Source: Trichoplax adhaerens
Lineage: Eukaryota > Animalia > Placozoa
Reading direction: 5' to 3'
DNA: 64,000 nucleotides
Assembly (NCBI RefSeq): GCF_000150275.1
Contig: NW_002060968.1
Span: forward strand, 257,366 to 321,365
Numbering within the stretch: position 1 is the first letter of the stretch; each line of letters starts with the position of its first letter. Positions 55,507-64,000 of this stretch are shown one piece after another. Position numbers and translations under genes: made by a program. The notes beneath the pieces were generated by a model that did no database searches, had not been told where the DNA came from, and was given only the letters and a program-made list of their open reading frames with translations.

Positions 55507-57606
55507 ATGGAGAAGGACTCAATCGTTGAAGAAGAACACAAGGAAACAATAAAAGCTGCTATTTCAGTATCCCCGAAATATCTGGAATTATATCACGAAT
55601 CCAGTTTTACAGACATTAAATTAATTATTGGTGATCGCAGTTTCTTATGCCATCGAATAGTTTTAGCTGCATGTAGTGAATATTTTTGCACTATGTTTAC
55701 GAGTGATTTTAAAGAAAAGAACGAAGCAGAAGTGAACCTAGTAGAGATTGATCCTGTGATAGCCTCTCTCGTTATCAAGTACATTTATGGTCATGAATTG
55801 GAATTGACACTAATGGAATTATCGCGTGTTCAGGCGATTTACACACTAGCTTTGCAATGGACAATCAGGGAATTACAGAAGCAATGTCATGATTGCTTTA
55901 TTGCCATCATGAATGCCAAAAATTGCTGTCAACTAGCAACTTTTGCCGATTATTATCATGCACCAAATTTACGTGATGAAATTCTAGTTTATATCAGGGA
56001 AAATTTCTCCGGATGTATAAAGGCTAAATCGATCAAAGATCTTTCCTATAATTTACTTATTAAATTAATACAATGTGATTATCTTAATGTGACAGATGAA
56101 GATTCTCTACTAGAATCCATCAGTATCTGGATTGATTCAGATAGATCACAGAAGAAAAGATATATCATATCTTTGTTAAGTAGCTTACGCTTACCTTATA
56201 TTTCGCCTGAGTCTTTAATTGCAATAGAAGAAAGATATATTGATGTCATTGAAAATTCGCTTGAATATTTAAATATGCTACGACGAGTTAAAAATTACAG
56301 TCACATTCCGGAAAACTATTTCGATAAATCAGCAAAACCCCGCATGTACATTAAAAATGTTGATTATTGCGGCGTTACGTCCATCCACGTAACCGATGCA
56401 AAAAAGGAACAGGATTGCTTCAATATATATGGTATCATTAATAATAAACGTTATTCACTTCAGCGCTTGGATTCCAGTACTTTTGATGATACCAGCAACA
56501 TTATTCAATTCAAGCGTGTACGCTTAACCTATGCATCCGTCTGTGTAGGTCATAAAATCATCGTATTTGGAGGCGTTAATGAAGGTAGATTGAATTAACC
56601 TCTATCAGTGTGTAATTATAACAACAGTACAGGATTTAAATTCTCGCTAAATCTAGAGACTAGAATACTATTTCGTATAACGATGATGATATTTACTGTA
56701 TCTACTGTATTGCACATGCCTTGTCGTGGATAATTTTTTTCAGGAAGATCATGCGATCGACTATATTCAGCCTGTACGACATTTGAGCTATATCTTTATT
56801 TATCATCACAGTAATTCTAGAGTTTTAGAATCTGTGCCATTCCAATGCTGTCATTCTGTATAATCACCATTGATAGATAACTTATGAAATTAGCTATCTA
56901 AAATATTTAATTTATTGATGTAGATAAGCAAGTTCTGGATTCTATAGTCGCATTCGACGTCCGAAAAACTGAATGGACAGTTCCTGTGTGGGGTTTTGAA
57001 TTGCCGGAACCTTTAGCTTACCTTGCAGCCTGCATTTACAAGGATGATATATATATAATGGGTGGCTTAAACAAGAATAATCTGTGTTCAAATAAAGTAT
57101 GGAGACTATGTAGGCAAAACAAGACTTGGGAAGCAGTAGCACCATTCAATACTGCTCGTAAATGCTGTCAAATTGTTGTGGTGGATAATTCTATCTACAT
57201 TGGTGGCGGTCTAGATGATAACGAGGAATTGATTACAACATTCGAAAGATATAATCCTCTACTTAACACTTGGAATATTGTTTATGAACTTAAGACTGTA
57301 TGTCATTCCATTCGCTTAATTTACGCTCGTAGTAAATTATTTATCTATCACAGTCAAAGTATTTACGACTGCTACATGCAAAGTGTAGATGGAAAATGGT
57401 ATAAAGCTTCCGAAAGCAAAATTAGTGAATGCAGTCGAGAAATTCACGGTAGTGATTACATAACCGATGGTTATATAGCTATCGATCAAAAGACGAATGG
57501 ATATGGCTTCTTTATTCCACGTAGTAAATGCGAGTATAATGTCAAACCTGTGGAAGAAATTCCGAAAAAAGCAAATCGCAGATCACAATTTAATTTTTTC
57601 CAATAG
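55507..57606 (+). CDS. BTB-BACK-Kelch (KLHL-like) protein, copy 1, 2 exons
   Basis: Exon 55507-56584 carries BTB (FTDIKLIIGDRSFLCHRIVLAACSEYFCTMFTSDFKE) and BACK (LNVTDEDSLLESISIWID..LRLPYIS) and ends GAAG|gtagat. Exon 56924-57606 carries Kelch motifs (IYIMGG, IYIGGG, FERYNPLLNTW). The intron is phase 1. Confidence 0.9.
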
Positions 57607-59747
57607 AAATTAATCATACTGTATAATTATATATCGGATGATACACGTATAGTTGGCCTCTTTCAAAGATGAAAAATCGCTGCGATACCATTAATAACTC
57701 TGTTGTTGTTACTGGTTGCGAATGGAGCCTAGTTTATTTCGATTACTTGTCTGAAACTGTATTTTAAATATTAATATACCCGTAAGATACAATAATATTT
57801 AAATTTATTGAAAGTATTGAAATTTTTTTCACTCTTAATTACCATGATCCTAAATTTAATCATGAAAAATGCATGTTTGGTTCCTTACAATCCTAGATAT
57901 TACACTATAAATTAGTTAGTATTCAAATAAGACCAACCGTTATGTAGATAATCTGATTAACCATTAAAGATCTAGCATTCGCTAATGACTCGCAATTGAT
58001 ATAATCTGCAATAAGTCTTAATGAAAAGGTAATTTGACTACATGTTCGATATATCATAGTACTCTAGCAACAATATTAGTAACTGTATATACAATAGCTA
58101 ATGAATAAATGAAGAGCAAAGAAGCAGTGATTTTCATGGATAGATTTGAGCATCCTTTATGTTATAAGAAAAAGTTCTGTATATGACGGTTATAGAATCA
58201 AAGCTGAAAGGAATTTATAACAAAAAACAAAAAACTACCTTCATGTGTGCAAGTGTTAGTATAAAATATAGAGTATAAAACCTGTTGTATTAGGATAAAT
58301 ATTTATGATATTAAAGTAAATAGGTAGCTATATAAGAAGTACGGAGAGATGCTAAGGATGTCGAATTAGAGAAATAAATGATGAGGAGTGCCACTTATTA
58401 TACTATTTATTATCCTAACTGATCGACGTGAATCTCTTTTTATGATGTAATAAAGTCCACTTTACCGTTACCTGTTATTGGAAATTTATATAAAGAAGAT
58501 TTAACTAGGAAAATAGTGATTTTTACAGCATATTAAGATGATTTATTGCATCTCATACATTTTATAACTGATAGTTACAAAGTTGTATAAGTATGATATT
58601 TTATGCCTGTGGTTGTAAAGATTCGTAACCGAGATTGTTTTTATGATGAGGAAGTTCAAATCAGTACTGCATAGTGTAATATGAAAAAGAAGTAATTTTG
58701 TCATTTTCTGAGATATATTAAAGCGATAGTATTAAGCGACAGTACAGAGAAAACTATCTATCGTTATTAAATTAGCCGTAACATAGCTTAACTTAAGCTA
58801 AATTTCTTTTTGTTAATTAGAAAAACATTGCACAATAGCTCAATGAAAGAGCTTTATACACTTCATCATTCGCAGATATCAGAAGAACAGAAAATGCCAA
58901 AACAGGATAGCTGTTTATAAACTGCGTACAAGTGTGCTATTGGTAGCAACGATGAAGGTTTTAAATGTCTAGCATCAATTTTTGCATGGGAATAACTCTA
59001 CAGTATTTGGAGGAACTGAAATAAGAAGTCGTTTTGTAATATTGATAACTTTAGACTATCAGGCTGATAAACTACCTATAATGATTCTGATAATTTTTAC
59101 ACGATAGAGCTGGTATTAAATCTGAATTACCATTTAATCATTAATTATTTAGATAGTAGAGTTATGAAGTATCGCATTAACGAACAGGTATACTCGGAAG
59201 AAAAATATTTAGTAGACTTTCAGCTGATAATTAATTAATTATGGGAAACAATTTGACTAACGTTATAAAGGAAGGAAGGGCATCCTCTACTGGTTGCCTA
59301 GTAGCTACGCTAGGCTGCTGGATATTTAATGGGGCACATTGTTATCATATCGAGTTGCTACTATAATTATGCCCATCAGGAAGCATCCAGCCGATTTTAG
59401 ATAATTTATGACTACGAATTATTCGTTTGACTATAGTATATTAGAAAAGGCAATAGTATGAGGTACAGCTACGATATAAATAAGAATGCAGCTGATGAAT
59501 AGTCTTCAAACAAACTGAACTGAACAGTTTGCACATAAAAAACTGCCACCTTACGCCTGTACTAAGATAGAACGATTAGTGCAAGAGCGATAAATTATAT
59601 ACTTATAGCTTATTGCAGGTAAAACGCTATTAATAACCTATAAACCAGGAGGAAATTCCTATACTTATTTGGTGTCCCAAGTAGCTTACTTGCTATTATT
59701 TTATATCTCTGCAGCGGTGATTAGAACGGATCATAACGAAAAGGAAT

Positions 59748-61887
59748 ATGGAGGAAAATAACGAGTCAGTCACTGTTGAAGATCACGAGGAAGTGTTTAA
59801 AGCCTTTGTTTCGGTCTCTCCAAGTTATTTAGAATTATATGAAGAATCTAGTATTACGGATATTAAATTGATTATTGGCGATCGTAGCTTCTTATGCCAT
59901 CGAGTCATTTTAGCTGCACATAGTGAATATTTTCGTACTATGTTTACTAGTGATTTTAAGGAAAAGGACAAAGCAGAAATTAACTTAATTGAGATTGATT
60001 GTAGCATTGCATCGATCGTTATTAAATACATTTATGGTTATGTGCTAAAGTTAACATTAATGAAATTATCGCAAGTTCAGGCAGTCTATGCGCTAGCACT
60101 ACAATGGGCTATCAAGGAATTACAGGAACAATGCCATTGCTACTTTATCACCATCTTAAACGCTAGAAATTGCTGTCAATTAGCAACTTTTGCTGATTAT
60201 CATGCGCCAGATTTACATGATGAAATTCTAGCTTACATCACTGACAATTTCTTTAGATGTATCAAGACTAAATCACTTCAGGATCTCTCGTATAATTTAC
60301 TTGTTAAATTAATACAATGTGACTATCTTAATATTATCAATGAAGATCAGATACTTGAATCTCTTAATATTTGGATAGATTCAGATACATCCAGTAGGAA
60401 AAAATTGATAGTATCTCTCTTATGTCATTTGCGTTTAGCATACATTTCGCCGGAATCTTTAATTTCCATAGATGAAAGGTATATGAATGAAATTGAAAAT
60501 TCGCTTGAATATTTAAATGCGATACGGCGAGTTCAAAATTACCGACAAAATCCTGAAAATTATTTCGATAAATCGACGAAGCCACGCATGTACTATGAAA
60601 ACATCGATTTTGTTGGCGTTACATTAGTCCACGCAGCCAGTATGAAAGCAGATTGTTATAATTTACATGGTATAATAAATTGCAATTGCTATCCTCTTCA
60701 TCGATTTAATTTCAGTACTTCAGATAAAGTTAAAGATTTTACATTATTTGAGCGTGTGCGCTTGACCTATGCAGCTGTTTGTGTTGGTCATAAAATTGTT
60801 GTTTTTGGAGGCATGAATGCAGGTAAATTGAAAAAATTTAGTCTATCGATAATCTTTGGCCAGTAAAAAATATGGCCATACAATAATAGTATTGGGCGCC
60901 GAATTAGCTGTAATGCTTGTCTAATTTCGACATCAAAATTCTATCTCGCCTACATTTATCTACGATATAAATTTAAACCTAAACTATCTGATATTTTTTT
61001 ATCAAATAAATCAATTGCAATTATTATCATACTACCTATGCAACATAAACCTCCATAAATTATAACTATGAATTAATATAGTGGTCTAAAAGCTTTGACA
61101 ATTTTTTGCCTTTTCTAATCCTTCAGTTATGAATGTTTACTGTTTATAGATAGATTATAAATTGATTCTAATTATATCATGCGCTCGTATTCAATTTTTT
61201 GACGCAGAGAAAGAAGTTCTGAATTCAGTAATTGCATTCGATTTCCGAAACGCTGAATGGACAGTTCCAGTGTGGGGTTTTGACTTACCACAACCCTTAG
61301 CTTACCTTGCTGCTTGCATTTACAATGACGAGATATATATTATGGGTGGCTTAAATGAGGATGGTCAATGTTCCAACAAAGTATGGAAACTATGTAGACA
61401 AAGCAAGACTTGGGAAGCAGTGGTATCACTAAATACTCCTCGTAAATGCTGCCAAGCTGTTGTTGTTGATAATTATATCTATATTGGCCTTGATCTAGAT
61501 GATAATGAAGAATTAATTACAACATTTGAAAGATATGATCCTATACATAATACTTGGAATTTCGTTTATGATATTACAGCATCAAATCTTTCAATGCGTT
61601 TGCTTTATGGTCGTAGGAAACTACTTGTCTACCGCACTCAAATTTTTCACGAATGCTACATGCAAAGTCTAGATGGGAAATGGTATAAAACTTCCGATTA
61701 CAAAATTAGCCAATTTAGTAGAGAAATAAATGGTAAAGATTATATAACCGATGGTTATATAGCTATTGATCAAGAGACGATTGAATATGGTTTCTTAATT
61801 CCTAGCTGCAAATGGCGGCGCAATATCAAGATATTCGATGCAATTCCGATAAAAACTCCGAGAAAATTAGGAGGTCGCAGACGCTAG
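59748..61887 (+). CDS. BTB-BACK-Kelch (KLHL-like) protein, copy 2, 2 exons
   Basis: Exon 59748-60822 (GCAG|gtaaat) joins exon 61208-61887. It is a paralog of copy 1 with the same intron position, and the upstream non-coding DNA is also alignable. Confidence 0.9.
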
Positions 61888-63075
61888 TTATACAATGTAA
61901 TAGCGTCTCTGTATCTAATTATATGATTTCTTGTATTGTATTCATATCGGTTGTATTGCAACCTTATCAGAACTTAACGGCATTAGTTCTGTTCCTAACT
62001 AGATCAGTATAGGTACTGTATTTGTCCAGTATATAAGGTGGTGAGAAATCAGAATATAGGTAGATATTCACGTGGAAGCTTAGCTGCCGATCTCGCTTCA
62101 GTTGACTGAGAGCATACAGAAAAACAGACGCTATCGCTACCGCTAACACAGATCACAATTTAATTTTTCCAGTAGAAGTTAACCATACTTTATAATTTAA
62201 TAATTATTCAGATGATCTTATGAAAGTGGATAATTGCTGCGATACCTTTTATAATAAGAATAAATATCTCTGTTTTTGTCATTGTCAAAGAAAAACTAAT
62301 CATGTTCATCGAATTTATTTGATATGGTAACTTTGACTTATTTATATTCGGTGTTGTCACGATAAGAACCGCCGTGAAGAGTAAATGATTAAATTTAGTG
62401 TTTAACATTTAGATATGGAGATAACTAATAATGCCTTACAGTAAGAACTACTGTGGTTATTTTTTGTTACAGTAAATTAAACGGTATTATGGTAAGAGTT
62501 CTCATAAGGTAACTAATATTAATTGATTATAGTGTTATATCTTGTAACGCTTGTGATGAACATCCTGAAGATATTCAATTTTAGATGATATCATAAATAA
62601 TTCTGTGTGTGGACATACTATAACTTAATTATCTAGAATCGTTTAGTACATGTCCAAATTATGAATACTGTCTGTACTAATTTAGCTATCCAATTTGAGC
62701 TAAATTTCATGCCCTGCTATGACTCATACATGTTAGCTGCTGCCAAAGGGTATTTAAGCTCGGCAGATAGTTGAATAAAAAAAAGGGTTTTATAGTTGTT
62801 TTAACGTAGAAGCAAAGGCGTCTAAATTCTTGTGCGGTAGTTAAGGGATACTGAATCCCGGAGACTGTAGTAATTTAAAGATTTGTTTTACGTTATCTTT
62901 GTCACGAAGCTGATTTGTGACAGGTGTTATATAGAGGCTGAGAAGAAATAACTTCTTTCGTGACAGAGTTACCGTATTTTATTGTTGTAATTTATAAATT
63001 AACTTAAATTGGTCCTTTTTTATGCAGGATTATAGAAAGATTTATGAAGTCTGACATTACTTTGCTTTAGTTGGG

Positions 63076-63125
63076 NNNNNNNNNNNNNNNNNNNNNNNNN
63101 NNNNNNNNNNNNNNNNNNNNNNNNN
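63076..63125. other. Assembly gap (50 N)
   Basis: Run of n characters. Confidence 1.
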
Positions 63126-64000
63126 AGGGTGGATAATTGGAAATTGGTCAAAACTCGTAACGTAAGTAAGGCAGGCATCATATAACCGTTACTACGTACG
63201 AGTATATAAAGTTAATCAACTTTGGCTGAAATAAGTTAACAGTACCGTCACTATGAATGATTTAGTTTGATAGTTAGTATGTGCAATCTTTGCTTTAATA
63301 AGTAATATTTTTAATTAGCGGTAATTGTGAACTTGTTTTAAATTAGTTTCTCTCAAACTATAATGAAATCTAACATAGTTTACCTAAAAATTGTACAGTA
63401 AGTCTATTAAGGCACTAATACAGTTTAATAGAGGACTGTAAGACAAAGTAGGCATTTAAATTAGACCCGAAATTTAAAATTTCAATCACACTTTTATTAT
63501 GTGTACTTCGCAGCATTGAACCATTTTATGATCAATTATAAAAGAAAAACAGAAAGTATTACCATGTTTGGAAATTAATTCTAGTATTATGCACAAAAAT
63601 GCTTCGATTCAACTAAATTTGTAGGCATTTGCTGCCAGTTGAGCAATGTAATTACAAGAAATTTAGAGATTTGACTATTAATGTCGGCGCAATAAAATAA
63701 TGATATTCGATAAAATTTTGTCCACTTTTTATCGTCTGATAGCTTAGGCTACAGGTAGCTACGCTAGATAAAAGGAAAATAAATTACAACATTAACAGTA
63801 TTTTATGGAAAACAACACAGACATTACCGCTTAAAAAATTTTACTCTGAGCCAAATCTTTCCAGTCAGACCATTCCAGCCTTCTGTTCATTTGCAAGGAA
63901 CTAGCAGTAAATCTATTTATCTCATAATGGGTGAATTTATTTTATAGAATTGATAATGTAAATTTGTAATTAAAATCAAATGTAGATGGTAGAAACTTAA

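Noticed and set aside
61967-62408. Two short hydrophobic minus-strand ORFs (possible decayed membrane protein)
   Set aside because: No motif support, and compatible with chance ORFs in AT-rich DNA.

Overview
AT-rich, intron-rich eukaryotic (animal) genomic DNA with short GT-AG introns. The expanded 42-aa 'GDNHP' TPR family and the death-domain Roco genes suggest a placozoan such as Trichoplax (inference only). I spliced the genes by hand. Conserved genes: LRRC59 (+), a Kruppel-like factor (-, its zinc-finger exons absent from the ORF track), ZCCHC10 (+), SMIM20 (+), a CYB561D2-like cytochrome b561 (-), SUPT5H (+, ~32 exons) and two tandem BTB-BACK-Kelch genes (+). The main result is at 6.8-29.3 kb. 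The separate TPR, death-domain and P-loop ORFs of the track join, through seven phase-1 introns conserved in both copies, into two tandem 8-exon genes of ~1852 and ~1765 aa. Their architecture is TPR array - Death - Roc GTPase - COR - CxxC/CxxC - basic NLS-like segment - Death, an NLR-like 'sensor/switch/effector' Roco receptor. Between the copies the Roc-COR exon and its flanking intron are ~99% identical over ~2.46 kb with sharp edges, consistent with gene conversion. The TPR sensors differ in repeat number (15 vs 13 core units) and at specific helix positions, and the death domains are only ~65-75% identical. Decayed Roc-COR and TPR copies lie in the same cluster, pointing to a birth-and-death innate-immune receptor locus. 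Several short tandem duplications and TACAGTA-rich clusters mark gene 5' regions. There is one 50-N gap.
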